Notes: generated by a model from the letters alone, not told the origin. Positions 39,050 to 52,770 are shown, numbered from the stretch's first letter. The stretch: 64,000 bases of DNA from Macrostomum hystrix (GCA_950097015.1 CATNEN010000007.1:4340001-4404000), one strand, 5' to 3'. Made by a program: numbers and translations.

Positions 39050-40435
39050 GCGATTTGAGATCAGGCGATCGGAGCCGCGATGGGAGATGAGGCGATGGGA
39101 GATCAGGCAATGGGAGATCAGGCGATGGGAGATGAGGCGATGGGTGATCAGGTGATGGGAGATGAGGCAATGGGAGATTAGGCGATGGGAGATCAGGCGA
39201 TGGGAGATGTGGCGACGGGAGATGAGGCGATTGGAGATCAGGCGATGGGAGATTAGGCGATGGGAGATGCCGCGATGGGAGATAAAGCGATGGGAGATGA
39301 GGCGATGGGAGATGAGGCGATGGGAGATGAGGTGATGGGTGATCAGGCGATGGGAGATGAGGCAATCGGAGATTAGGCGATGGGAGATCAGGCGATGGGA
39401 GATGAGGCGATGGGAGATGAGGTGATGGGTGATCAGGCGATGGGAGATGAGGCAATCGGAGATTAGGCGATGGGAGATCAGGCGATGGGAGATGAGGCGA
39501 TGGGAGATGAGGCGATGGGTGATCAGGTGATGGGAGATGAGGCAATGGGAGATGAGGCGATGGGAGATGAGGTGATGGGTGATCAGGCGATGGGAGATGA
39601 GGCAATCGGAGATGAGGGGATGGGAGATGAGGCGATGGGAGATGAGGCGATGGGAGATAAGGCGATGGGAGATGAGGCGATGGGAGATGAGGCGATGGGA
39701 GATGAGGTGATGGGTGATCAGGCGATGGGAGATGAGGCAATCGGAGATTAGGCGATGGGAGATTAGGCGATGGGAGATTAGGCGATGGGAGATTAGGCGA
39801 TTGGAGATCAGGCGATGGGAGATCAGGCGATGGGAGATGCCGCGATGGGAGATAAGGCGATGGGAGATGCCGCGATGGGAGATGAAGCGATGGGAGATGA
39901 GGTGATGGGAGATGAGGCGATGGGTGATCAGGTGATGGGAGATGAGGCGATGGGAGATTAGGCGATGGGAGATGAGGCGATGGGAGATGAGGCGATGGGA
40001 GATGAGGCGATGGGAGATGAGGCGATGGGAGACGAGGCGATGGGAGATGAGGCGATGGGAGATGAGGCGATGGGAGATAAGGCGATGAGAGATGAGGGGA
40101 TGGGAGATGAGGCGATGGGAGATGAGGCGATGGGAGATAAGGCGATGGGAGATGAGGCGATGGGAGATGAGGCGATGGGAGATGAGGTGATGGGTGATCA
40201 GGCGATGGGAGATGAGGCAATCGGAGATGAGGGGATGGGAGATGAGGCGATGGGAGATGAGGCGATGGGAGATAAGGCGATGGGAGATGAGGCGATGGGA
40301 GATAAGGCGATGGGAGATGAGGTGATGGGTGATCAGGCGATGGGAGATGAGGCAATCGGAGATTAGGCGATGGGAGATTAGGCGATGGGAGATTAGGCGA
40401 TGGGAGATTAGGCGATGGGAGATGAGGGGATGGGA
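39050..40435. repeat. 15-bp minisatellite (gagatgaggcgatgg), ~90 copies
   Basis: Direct inspection; source of the PHLPS/MGDEA ORFs. Confidence 0.97.
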
Positions 40436-40855
40436 GTCTTTCTCCTCAACTTCCTCCGGAGGAGGAATTCAGCTCGTCTATATATACGAATACAAATATA
40501 CATGGTTCATGAGCCTTCGGCTGAAGCACGGGACTGTATGGCCCCCTCGGATATTAGTTTACCGTCTTCTTTAAGTATCTCGTGTATCCTTTGGTCCTCT
40601 TAATAGAGTTAAGGGTAATCAAGCTATAGTCCATTTTCCAAAATAGCTCTAATTACTTTTGATGTAACAGCCAACTTTGGGGGTAGTATTTTCTTTAGAA
40701 TAATGACCTCCCGTCCTCCCCCTTCTCGAGCCCAATAAGTGTACAATATGCGTTTAGTAATGTTCTTCTGCCTAATTGTTAGAATACATTTTATAGAGGG
40801 GCTTTTTAATAACTTAATGCACTATTGATGCACTCTTACAGAAGTTTTCTAATAC

Positions 40856-42356
40856 ATGTTATGTAGTGCTCGAGGCAAGTCGCTATACATGTTTTTGGGG
40901 TTCGATAAAGGTTGTCTTTACTGCTCCCCAACCGGAAGCATCTCCAAGAGGCGGCGTCAATTGCCAACGACGGCTGTGGCTTCCTCAGTCCCAGGTGGGT
41001 CAGAGCAGTACTGGCTCGTGCAGTTTCTGCCCCAGCGCAATTTCCGAGCTGTGCAGTCCCGTCGAATTGCAACTGCAGCTCCCTCCGGGGGCTACAAGCG
41101 CTGGTCGGAGGTTGAAGTGTACTGCGCCAAAAACATCAGCCCCACAACTTTAAGTCACTGCGCAGTACTCTTTAATGGTCCCTTTGCATCCTACTCCATT
41201 GCCAAGATGCACGAGCAGCTGTGCCGTAACGTGCCTCCCGATCCGGTTTCAGTGCAGCCTACTTGCGTGCAGTGCCAGCTGCGGGATGCTCAGCTGCTGG
41301 AAGCACGCAGTGCTGCCGCCTCGCTGCGAGACACGGTCAGCCGCACTGCAGCTGAAGCCAGTCAGCTGCGAGATGAGCTGGCAACGTCTATGGCAGTACA
41401 GGATGAGCTGCGGGGCGAGATCGATCGCCTGCGCAGTGTCATCGACGCACTGCATTTTGAGCAGCAGCGCGACAGCGCACATTTGGCCAACGGACTGGCA
41501 TCCGTGGCTGCGCTGGTGGAGCAGCTCCGTGCTGTTCCTGCTGCTAATTCTCAGCCTGCCCAGCTGCCCAGCGACCTCTTTGACATTGCGCTGACTCCGA
41601 TCAGCCAGGCAGTCAGCGACTACGGAGTGACTGCAAGATCCTGCAGTCAGAAGCCAGCTGCAGCCCGTTCTGCCACCAGCTGCACCCAGCGGCTCATGTC
41701 TGGCAGCTCGGTTTTGGTGAGGAGGCAAAATATTTCGCCAGTATTAAAAGCCGTCCTTGTCATCACTCCTTCATCATCAGGGTCTTCTCGCAAAATATCT
41801 CACAGGTTACCCCGGCAGGCTGGTCCCTACTTGCAGCCGCTCTGGCCGAGTACAAGGCCAACAGGACAGATGCCACTCGCCGCCTTTTGATTCGCAAACT
41901 GCTGCAGGCCGTGTTTTCCGAAGAGGAAATTCGGTCCTGCACTTACAAGGGCAAGAGCCGCGGAGGCGAAGTCGGCCGGCCGCACTATTTGACAAGCGGC
42001 AGGCCGTCACGAGCTACTTGCTTAGTGAGGCTGGCTTGTCAAAGTGCGAGCGGGAGGTCCATGACGTATTCCGGCGCCTCACAGAGACTCACCGCCGTGC
42101 CCTCCGCCCGCCTACCAGCACTCCTAAGAAGAGCAGAGATGCCGACGGAGGCGCAGTGGGAGCCGCTGACGTTGCAGCCGGAGCCGCTGCCGACGCCTCC
42201 GGAGCCGCTGCCGACGCCTTCGGAGCCGCTGCCGACGCCTCCGGAGCCGCTGCCGACGCAGCCGGAGCCGCTGCCGACGCATCCGGGGCCGCTGCCGAAG
42301 CAGCCGGTGATGACGAATTTGAATTTGACGGGTCCGATGAGGAGGCTATGGAATAA
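40856..42356 (+). CDS. Coiled-coil + BEN-domain protein, 2 exons, with one apparent 1-nt frameshift (possible pseudogene)
   Basis: Exon 40856-41716, GT-AG intron 41717-41805, exon from 41806: VTPAGWSLL...RRLLIRKLLQAVFSEEEIRSCTYKGKSRGGEVGRP / frameshift at ~41982 / ALFDKRQAV, then an Ala-rich 21-bp repeat and an acidic tail. Fits the BEN pattern LL..LF..EEL...S..G.....P.L. Confidence 0.6.
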
Positions 42357-42609
42357 CTTATAAGTTATTAATTAATTAATTATTATACAACTCTCTTCCT
42401 GTGGGTCACTCCAAGTGTGGTTTGCGCTGCCGCTCTTCCCCAGGTCGGGTCGGATGAGGCGAACAGGTCGGGGCTGCCTTCAATTGCTTAGTCTTTATTA
42501 GGAAGAACAGAAATAGAAAGAAATGAAGCTCTCGCCTACACCCTAATTGGCTCCGTCTGCGCAGTCCCTACTTTCTTGCTTTTATTTGGTTTAATTTTTT
42601 TCGTTTTTT

Positions 42610-42725
42610 CTATGTGCTTATTGCTTTTTTTGCTGCCTATGTGCTTATTGCTTATTTTTGCTGCCTATGTGCTTATTGCTTATTTTTGCTGCCTATGTGC
42701 TTATTGCTTATTTTTGCTGCCTATT
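42610..42725. repeat. 28-bp T-rich tandem repeat, ~4 copies
   Basis: gcttattgcttatttttgctgcctatgt units. Confidence 0.85.
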
Positions 42726-43711
42726 ATTGATTCTTTATTCTGCATTGCTATTTGCTTCTTCTTTATGTTTCTGATTGCTTTTGTTTTTTGTTTGCTTTGT
42801 TTGGTAATCAAACTAATAGGCCATTCCATTGCGACTTCATTCCACTGGATAGAATAAACAGAATGGATTGCTAGTCCACCCCCTGGATCCCAGTTGATAG
42901 GCCCATTGTTTTTTCATTGTGTTTACATACGTATATACATATCTATGACTAAATAAACGCTACGCTTAACAAAATCACAATTTTCTAAATACCAATAATG
43001 CAAACAAATGCAGAACTATTTGTGCGACATAACTCTTTCAAAATCTTCTTTACACTTCAATTTAAAGGAGCGTTAAACATAGACCCTTTTTAGTTAGCTC
43101 CTATTATTAACTTTTCTATCCCATTACAACAACTAGCAGCTGTTACGGACGAGCAACTTTTACGCAGTATTTGAGCCGCATGAGCAACTTTTACGCAGTA
43201 TTTGAGCCGAATGCACAACTTTTAACCAGTACTTGAGCCTCATGGCCCACTTATTTGTACACTATCCATCCGGCCACGGCTGTCACGTGACTTTTTGCGG
43301 GAATCCACCAGTTGAGCCGCTTAACCATCATTTAACCAACACTTTAGCCGTATTGACAACTTTTAAACAACATTTGAGACGCCACAGCCGTAATTGACCA
43401 GTTTTTTAGCCACCTATAACCTACATGACCAGCTGGAGTTTCCCTGCCACCCCAACCCCTGTAATGTACGCACAACCATGCGCCAACCCCCGCCCCACGT
43501 ACTCCACCCCCTAACTAGCGGCTCAAGCGGCTCATATGATCCGTTATTAAGACGTTTTTGACCTGAAATCGCGGTCCGCGTTTGACATTTGGGGTTAAAA
43601 GTTGCTAAATCGTCTTAACTCTTACCCCTCTTAAAATAGCTAACTGAGTGCTGCACTTAGCGGAGTTGAGACACTTTTGACCCACAACGGCGGCTCACTT
43701 TTTTCATCGGG

Positions 43712-44270
43712 AACATGATCCACGGGCCGTGTGGCGAGCTGAACCCGGCCTGCCCTTGCATGGAGAACGGCAAGTGCAGCAAGAGCTTCCCGAAGGACTT
43801 CCAGCCGGTGACGCTGACGAGCGACAGTGGCTATCCGTTCTAAAGGAGGCGCTCCCCTGAGATGGGAGGCTTCACGGTAGACAAACTGTTCAAGGGTCGC
43901 AGCATCCGAATGGACAACAGGTGAGTCAGTAGCTGCGTGGCCATAGCATTTCTGTGCTCTGCAAGCCGGTGCTTCCGTCCAATCACCAGGTGGGTGGTGC
44001 CATACAACCCGGACCTGCTGCTTCAGTTAGCGTGCCATTTGAACGTTGAAGTTTGCGCCACTGTCAAGTGTGTGAAGTACGTGATCAAGTACTTGATGAA
44101 GAATGGCGACATGGCTGTTTTCAAAGTCGCCGCCACCGCAGGAGCTGCTGAATCTCAGCCGAGTGCTCCTCCTGAGAGGCAGGCGAAGTCACGGGATGAA
44201 ATCTCCGAGTACCTGTCTGCACGCTACATTGGTCCGATGGAAGCTGTAAATACTATCCTGGCCTTTGAGG
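43712..44270 (+). pseudogene. Degraded Helitron Rep fragment (different subfamily from 45676-57738)
   Basis: [30 protein letters not shown]...GYPF*RRR...MDNR | intron 43921-43989 | WVVPYNPDLLLQLACHLNVEVCATVKCVKYVIKY. In-frame stop at 43841; intron position matches 49043 in the intact element. Confidence 0.9.
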
Positions 44271-45530
44271 TAATTGCTCTGCTGTGATGTAGCTGTGTAC
44301 TAACTGCGACTGCAATGTTCCGAACAATAAGTAGCTTAGCATTGCAACTATTGCCCTTGAATGAGGCCCCTCTTATTATAATAAATGACTTAAAGAGTCA
44401 GTTCAATGCAGCTATCTCATTGTGAATGGACTTTGCAAAAGCAACTGGAGCTACATCCTTCGACCTTTGGTTTGACGCTTTTAATAAAGCTAACACTGGC
44501 TATATATAGCTATGATATATGATATATCAGATTATCATACTAAATCCCCCCTCTCTTTTCTAGTCACACTCCTCAGCAGACTTCTCTTTTCTTATTTGCC
44601 TCATTCACATTATCAAATCTTATTCTGAATCAAATCCCATTTTACATAAAAGTCTATTTTAAATTAGAACCCATTTTGATAGTTCATAATGGATAGCTAA
44701 TATCAATGGCTAATTGATCAATGGACCAATTTCTAATCTCCTTTCTTTTTCTTAATGATTCCAGTTCTCATCAGATCCTATTTCTCATCTGACCTCTTTT
44801 CTTTGTAATCCATTATGTATCATTCTTCATTACAAATGCATGCCTGACAATGTCTTTTAAAATAGAATAAGGGAATTACCAGGAGTGCAGATTCATGAAT
44901 CATGGGACTGGTCTTTGTCCGCTAAAACATTTTTTGTATTTCTTCAATTACAAAGCACATTGAAAACAGCAAAGCAACAACAATTGAGTGAGCATTCGGC
45001 AAAATTATTATTATACAAATACATATCATTATGACGTTATAAGAAGACACACACTCTCAACGTCACACACTCAACGTCACACAAAAAAGCTTTACTGCTT
45101 GGGAAGCATTCACAGCCGGGGTCGGCATTAAGCAAGTTCATTCACTCTTGCCACCGCACAGCTCAACATGCTTAGTCGGCCATCACAAGATGGTCTGCGA
45201 TTAGGCTGCTTCAGACCATGGCTGCATACCCTCCATTTTATCGTGGAAGAACCTCTGAATCGTGATAAGCAGCGAACACGTATTTCAACCACGTCTCTCA
45301 AGGCCCATTGATATGCAGTCAACCTGCTCCAAAATGAACAGGATTTACGCTGATGTGACTCATTGGGCCAATGGGCAGAGCTCAACTATCATGCACCATT
45401 TACACATCAGGCGGCTCAACTTGTGATGGCGACTCACTGCAACATCTCACAGACACAATTACACAGCAACTGTCTCACCCATGCTACACTCAATCTGAGT
45501 AATTCAGTTTGAAATCTTTGTCCGAACCAA

Positions 45531-45641
45531 TTACTCGTCCATAGACATTCGCGAGTCGCCGTAATGCTCAGCCACATCAGCTCTAGGCGTAGAAGTGAGG
45601 ACCTGCTGGCTCCTGTATTGCCCGTCTCGGGAGAATGTAAT
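45531..45641 (-). pseudogene. Terminal exon of a disrupted RPA-like gene copy B (its upstream exon end lies at 57908-57945)
   Basis: ITFSRDGQYRSQQVLTSTP...SRMSMDE* aligns to MTFSRDCHSWSQQVPAGSTP...SRMSTDEY* at 58653-58534; the flanks 45140-45530 and 57970-58530 are also homologous. Confidence 0.8.
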
Positions 45642-46207
45642 CTGCGAAATGAAATGGGGGATAAAATCTCTTTAATCTAATACCTAAATCTGTGTATGTT
45701 TCTGCCTATGTCTGTCTGTCTGTCTGTCTGTCTGTCCGTATGTTTCACGTTTTAAGCTGAATGCCTGGACCATTTTCAACCGGATTTGTTGAATTCGATT
45801 CGAAATTTTCAGCCGGTGGTGTGGCTTAAAATTGGTTGAATTCTGTTTATATTAAGACTGTTAAATTGACAGAAAACTGTATTTTTTGCAAAGTTCATTC
45901 AAGTTCAAACATGCTCGGCTGCTCTGGCTTGCTAAAAGTGTTCATTTCATTAGATTGCATCAGCAGTGCCCAAGTTCAATTTACTCTCTTACCCTCTTTT
46001 CTGCATAGGCTAAAAAATCCATGCGCATCAATGTGCGTGTGGACCTTTCCTGCCGGCCAAATGAATTGCCCAGTGCTAAATGTGCATATCGTGTGTATTT
46101 GTGTGCTGTTGCACAATGAGCACTACCAGTCGCTGCGAAATTCCTTGCCAGATTCGCAAAGGTCTGCGCAGGACATCGGATCCGCTTCTGCAAGTGAGAG
46201 CTCCGTG

Positions 46208-49200
46208 ATGAGTCCAGTCAAGAAGCGCCGGCTGCCTGCTGCTTTGCCTCCAACTTTGCCTCCAACTGCAGGACAGCATCGCGACAACACTGACGGGCCT
46301 ACCTTGAGTTGCGAATCTTTTGTTGACATTGAGAAATCGAGAGCTGCTGATGAAACTTTGACTAGGGATTCAACTTGCACTGAACAATCTGTGTAAGTGT
46401 GCCGACTAAAAAAATAACATTTACAACTGCAATGGTTATAATGCAGAAAAATCCATCAGCACAGAAGCTTTTGATGCACATTCAATTCTTCCTTTGGTGA
46501 TGCTGTGTGGATGGTTTATGGCTAAATCTACTACCTGTAGTACTTGATCGCAGCTTGAAAAAATTATCTTAATTCCATGAACGTCCGGTAACGGCGACTC
46601 AAAGATTAATGCTTATTCGATTGCAGATCAGCGGAGGCGGCAACGCATTCGGCTGGTCGGATGGAATACCCATGCACAATGTGCGGCGCTCTGCGTTGGA
46701 AGCTGGAGGTGGCCGGACTCTGCTGCACTGGTGGACAGGTGAAGCTGGAGCAGCGGCGCATACCAGAGGAGCTGCGACGGCTCTATCAGGGCCAGCATGA
46801 AAAAAGCCGGCTCTTTTTAAATAACATCCGGAGGTTCAATGCAGCACTACACATGACATCTTTTGGTGTTAACAAGCGTGATCTTCCTCTAGGCTCAATG
46901 AATTTGATCATCAATGGACAAATCCATCACAAAATTGGCAGCCTTCTTCCTATTGAGGGCAGGACGGCACAATTTTGCCAGATTTTCTTCTGTGACTCTG
47001 AACTGGATACACGAATGGCAATGGTGAACGGTTTAGATCGAAACATTCTAGAGCTGCTGCAGAACATGCTGCATCGGGAAAATTCGTTTGTACGCAGCTT
47101 CAAAGCTGCCATCGAGCGAATCACAGAGAATCCCGATCTGCAGAGTGCATCTTTGGTTATCCGGGCAGATAGGAGACCCACTGGCGAGCATGTGAGGTAA
47201 GTTGGGTTTACTTTAAACTGATTTAAGCACTGAATGATGATATTTGAGCTTAGTTTTCTTTTTTAGAGAAATTTTCAGAAAGGGAGTTGTTCTTTTAATT
47301 AGGCTTAAAACTTTGTTATAGACGGCACATCGGCCAAACCACACTAGATTATTATTTTTCGAAACACGGTAACTGGAATATGTTATGTACTATTTATAGT
47401 AATATATGAGGAATCAATTAATAAGAGACAAGAAACATAACTGTCTGTGACAAAGACTTGTTGAAGACGGAAATCAAAATCACACATTGAGTTCTCAGTT
47501 AGTTGAAGAATAAATATGTCCTTTTTAAAACTGGTTGATTAGATTTTAATTAGACTGAATGAATGTCTACTTTATCAATTTCCTAGGCTAGGCGATTCAA
47601 CCTACCAAGTGTTAGTGAAGTCGCAGTGTTGTTTGACGCATTGGAGGACGATACCGAAGGTGCTGCAGGCAAGCGGGATGTCATTGTGCATCTGCGATCG
47701 GGCAGGATACAACGCATTGACGAGACACACCGCTCCTACGACCCATTGGAGTATGTACTCTTTCACCCATGCGGAGAAGATGGCTGGCACATTGGTCTGA
47801 CGATGGCTAACAATCGCAAGCTGACACCCAGAGCAATGTACTCACATCAGCTCATGATTCGTCCCGGCGTCTTCAATGCCCTTCACTACGGCAAGCGGCT
47901 CTTCCAACAATATATTGTCGATCAGGCAGCAAAGATAGAAGCTGAGCGACTAAATTATTTGAAGACGCACCAAAATGACCTCCGCTCTGAGACTTACAGC
48001 GGCCTGAAAGATGCGCTGGTTGCCTCCGATGTTGACCCAGATTGGGCCAGCAAAGTCGGGAACCGTGTCATACTGACCTCCAGCTTTGTCGGCGGTCCGC
48101 GCTATCGGAGGGAGCGTCAACAGGACGCCATGGCATATGTGCAGCGCTTCGGAAGGCCGGATCTTTTCATAACAATGACTGCGAATCCTGCATGGGAAGA
48201 AATCACACAGGAGCTGCTGCCTGGACAAAGCCCGGTTGATAGACCAGACCTCACAATGCGCGTCTTTGACTTAAAGCGAAAGGCTCTGCTGGATTGCCTA
48301 CGGACTGCTTTCGGCACTCCGGTCGCACATGTCTGCTCGCTTGAGTTTCAGAAACGAGGTGAGTTTATATTTAGTTTATGCAAGAACTACAAACACTATC
48401 GACCACCAGCGAAGTATTGTCAGCCTGTCTCTGTCAGCCTGTCTCTGTCAGCCTGTCTCTGTCAGCCTGTCTCTGTCAGCCTGTCTCTGTCAGCCTGCCT
48501 CTTTAGGCCCTTGATTCACTTTATTCTGACTACATTTCTTCTACTAGCTGAGCATGTTGTGTTGTGAGATGCGATTATTCAGATAAAGTAGGATTCGTTC
48601 AATCGATTTCAATTTATTTATTTTTACTACTCTCTGTGAGATTTTTTCAGTCGACTTATCAAGATTAAAATTCGCGACTTTCGCAACGATCTCTCTGCAG
48701 GTCTGCCACATGTTCATATACTTCTGTGGCTGGCACAGATGGATAAGATCACACCTGACCGCTACGATGATGTCGTGTGCGCGGAAATCCCGAGCGCTGT
48801 CGATGATCCGGAGCTGCACAAGCTGGTTGTTGATAACATGATGCATGGACCATGTGGTGAAATAAACCCGCGATGTGTTTGCATGATAAACGGAGCTTGC
48901 AGCAAAAAATTCCCAAAGGACTACCAACTTGCGTCTGTTGTGAACGACTCGGGATTCCCATTTTATCGTCGGAGATCTGCAACAATGGGAGGTCACGTAG
49001 CCAAGAAGTATCTGCGAGGCAAGGAAGTGATCATGGACAACAGGTAAATACTCATTTTGGAATTATAGAAAAAGTTAGCAAAAATTGACATGTACAAATT
49101 AGACTTTCTTTAAAAATACATCATCTGGGATTTAATATGCCTTGCACTGATTTAAAACTTCGGTTCGAGAGGCGTTTTAGAGGATTCATTTTAATGTAGC

Positions 49201-51977
49201 AGTAATGATGAAAATTTTCATGTACAACAAACTACTTTTTTTCTTTCCATCTATGCAGTTTAATTTGTGTGGTACAGGACTTCGATTTAAATTACCAGTA
49301 TTAGATGTATCTAATCCTCATTTAGTAACAATGCTTTGCTTTATATTTATCGTTGAAGAGAAAGAGTAATTGTTGATTGAAGTGAAAATGTATCTGATAT
49401 TCATAGTGATAATTACTAATACTTACTTTACTTTTGCTCTTACTTTTTAGATTCGTTGTCCCCTACAATGCGCACCTGTTGCGCCTATTTCGGTGCCACT
49501 TAAACGTCGAGATTTGCGCGACCGTAAGGGCAATTAAATATGTAGTTAAATATCTCCACAAGGGATCCGATATGGCAACTGTTGAGCTGACTACGGAGCA
49601 GCGTGAAGAAATAAAGTGGAATGAAATCGCTGCTTACCTGTTAACTCGGTATCTGGGCCCACATGAAGGTGTTCAAATAATTCTCGGAATGAGCGTTCAT
49701 AGCCGCTATCCGCCTGTTGTTCAGTTGTGCGTCCATCTCCCTGGTAAAAACCGAGTTATCTTTTCTGCGGCAACAGCTGAAATGCAAGCATCAAGACCAC
49801 CTCGCAGCATGCTAACAGCGTTTTTTGAACTTTGTCACAGAGATGATTTCGCCCGCACTCTGTTGTACACAGATGTTCCGCGATACTATATCTGGCAAGC
49901 TGACCGAAAGGAATGGCAGAGGACCAAGATTGGAGCACCTGTGGATGGCTACGATGGCGTTCGTCAGCGAGATACCATTGGCCGCATGTACAATGTCAGC
50001 CCGAGAGCTCGAGATGTATTTTATCTACGACTAGCCTTGCTGCGTATTCGGGGACCGGTCAGCTATGAATCTCTGCGAACAGTAGACGGAATTCTGTACA
50101 CTGATTTCTTTGAGGCTTGCAAGGCTCTTGGCATGCTGGAAGATGATAATCATTTCCGTCTCTGCATGGAAGAGGCTGAACAGACTCAGATGCCAGCTGC
50201 TCTTCGAAGTCTATTCTCGGTCATTTTGATCCACGGCAATCCTACAGACGCGCAACATTTGTGGTCCCGCTTCCAGTTGTCAATGGGTGAGGATTTTGCC
50301 CATCGCGAGTCAGCTGATGAAGCTTGGATAGTGAACCGTGTTCTGCAAGATTTGACCGTGCGATTGAGCCTTATGGGCGGCAGTTTGTCTCAATTTGGTT
50401 TGCCAGAACCACTTCAAATTGCTGAGCAGGAAGCCGAGTTCGACGCGCAGGAGTTGAGCACGTTTGTTGAGCAGCGTGAGCACCAGCTGACAGACGAGCA
50501 GCAAAAAATCTACAAGGCAGTGCTGGACAGTTTGCAGAGTGGAGGAGGTCTGCACTTCATTGACTCGCCAGGAGGAACTGGAAAGAGTTTTCTACTGGAA
50601 CTTCTGCTTGCTCACGTGCGATCGCGTGGTGAACTTGCTTTGGCTGTTGCAACCACAGGAATTGCGGCAACTCTGCTCCCTGGCGGCCGGACTGCCCACT
50701 CGGCATTTAAAATTTCCCCTTCGGTTTTGAATGAAAGCTGCGGGCATTGCGACATAAAAAAGCAGAGTGCCCTAGCCGAAAATTTGCGAAACACCCGACT
50801 TGTTGTATGGGATGAAGCAGCAATGGTGCATCGCAAGATTCTAGAAACAGTCGAACGCAGTTTGAGAGATATAATAGCTGACAAGCCTTTCGGTGGACTG
50901 ACGTTTGTAATGGCTGGAGATTTTCGACAATTGCTGCCTGTTATAAAGGGCGGCACAGCTGCAAACGCAATTCAGGCGTGCATAAATAGGAGTCCACTTT
51001 GGAGCGGCTTTCTGCAGCATCGGCTAACCCGCAACATGCGACTTCAAGCAGACACCGATTCTGAAGCTTCGCACTACGCCGAGTTTCTGCTGCAGGTTAG
51101 TTTCTAATATTTAACTTGTATTTAGTGTTTCGATTAGATTAGGGTTTGAAATATGATAAAATGTGCGCCTGTTGATAGTTGAGATTTTATTGGTTTTAAA
51201 AATATCGTAGTGTTTATCTTAGATTAATAACTGATCTCGAAAAACTGGCAGCTAGCACTTCACATATTTTCCTCAATTCACATGCATTCATAGGTCGGTG
51301 AGGGACGACTAAAGCAGGACGATCAAGGCTATGTGGAACTCCCATCGGAGATTTGCATGCCAATGGGATCTGACACGATGCAGCTGATTCGATATGTTTT
51401 TCCCAGCTTCAACAATGCTGAGACGCGCGCTCAACAGTTTGAATCCAGAGCAATTCTGGCACCGCACAATCGAACGGTGAACGAAATCAACGCTCAATGC
51501 CTGGTTATGTTTCCAGGAAAGGCTGTGGAATACCTTTCAATTGACAGCATCCCAGATGACGAAGAAGCGGCGATTCAATTTCCTGTTGAGGCACTGAACA
51601 GCTTAGAAGCACAGGCACTTCCGCCGCACCGACTGGAACTTAAAGTCGGAGTGCCTATCGCTTCTGGAGCTTTCAAAGGCGCACCTGTTCTGCTACCAAG
51701 AATTCCATTGACGCCGAATGCTGAGGATTTGCCTGTAAAATTCCGCAGACTGCAGTTTCCTGTTCGACTTTGCTTTGCAATCACAATTCATAAGAGCCAA
51801 GGTCAGAGCCTGGATTCCTTTGGCGTTCACTTGGGCCAGTCGTGTTTTCAACATGGCCAATTGTATGTTGCGCTGAGTCGAGCACGTGACCCAAGGCATG
51901 TGCGTGTCCTTCACGGCCAGCAGACGCAGAATATTGTCCTGCAACAAGTTTTTTCAACGGCCTGCGATTGTTCGTGA
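46208..51977 (+). CDS. Helitron Rep (HUH endonuclease)-PIF1 helicase
   Basis: Exons 46208-46392 (start tentative), 46627-47196 (CTMCGALRWKLE..CCTGG), 47592-48358 (PDLFITMTANPAW), 48701-49043 (EFQKRGLPHVHILLW), 49451-51095 (KYVVKYLHKG; DSPGGTGKS; VWDEAAMV; AGDFRQLLPV), 51294-51977 (FAITIHKSQGQSL; HGQLYVALSR). Sum 4194 nt, about 1397 aa, no internal stops found. Confidence 0.95.
48415..48500. repeat. 14-bp tandem repeat (gtcagcctgtctct) in RepHel intron
   Basis: About 6 copies. Confidence 0.9.
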
Positions 51978-52099
51978 TACTGACATTTTATGCCTGTAAA
52001 ACAGTCTTTTGACAAACAGTTTAGATACAATCTGCTTTACTCTATTATCAACAGGTCAATTTTGAAATTTAGCTAAATTCGAAGTTGAAATCCGCACAT

Positions 52100-52770
52100 T
52101 ACAATAGGCCAAACGTTGCAATAAACCCCATGTTAAAATAAACTCCATGTTGCGATATCCGCAGGTTGCAATAATCCACAGCTTAAAATAATACAATGTG
52201 CAATGTTCACCCTCGAGGTTGAAGCAATACTATAGTCCTTATATTTGAAAAATCCATAGCAATAATCCATGGTGCAATAATCCACCGTTTACAATAATCT
52301 CCACGATGCAATAATCCCAGGTTGTAATTCAGTCAGCCTGTTCTAAACGCTACGATTCGTCAAAAGAGATATTTATCTGATGATTGTGCTGTTTATTATT
52401 CATATTTCACATGCAAATTATTAGAAGTGATTGAAGGTACATCATAATTCTCTTGTTCCAATTGTGAATCTAAAAGTGGAAAATTTGAAACACCTGTTCT
52501 ATTCAACGTTCTCTTGCTGCGCTGTTGCACTGCCGCAAGTGCAAGAATTTCCGCAACTCCTGTGTCTTTTGACCGTCAAAAGCGAAGATGCGTTGCTTTT
52601 TCTGCTGATTATTTTTTGCTTCCTAATTTACTGTGAGCTTGTCGCCCAGTCGCTTTCTTTCAACTGCTGCAACATTTTGATGACAGCCACACAGTAACTA
52701 GAAAGTAGACTGTCGAATAAATTCCCAGGATGTAATGCTGGTATCCAGGTTGCAATAATCCCTGGTTTCA
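52100..52770. repeat. Degenerate gcaataatcc repeat cluster downstream of RepHel
   Basis: Multiple (g/ta)caataatcc copies, including gtttacaataatc at ~52285. Confidence 0.65.

Noticed and set aside
39006-40366. Extensin-like PHLPS or MGDEA proteins
   Set aside because: 15-bp minisatellite artefact.
46095-46135. OTU protease domain (LLHNEHYQSL) at the Helitron 5' end
   Set aside because: Only a short C-terminal-like motif, with no catalytic Cys region upstream.
52500-52720. Antisense ORF between RepHel and the RPA-like gene
   Set aside because: Interrupted by stops and with no recognisable motif.
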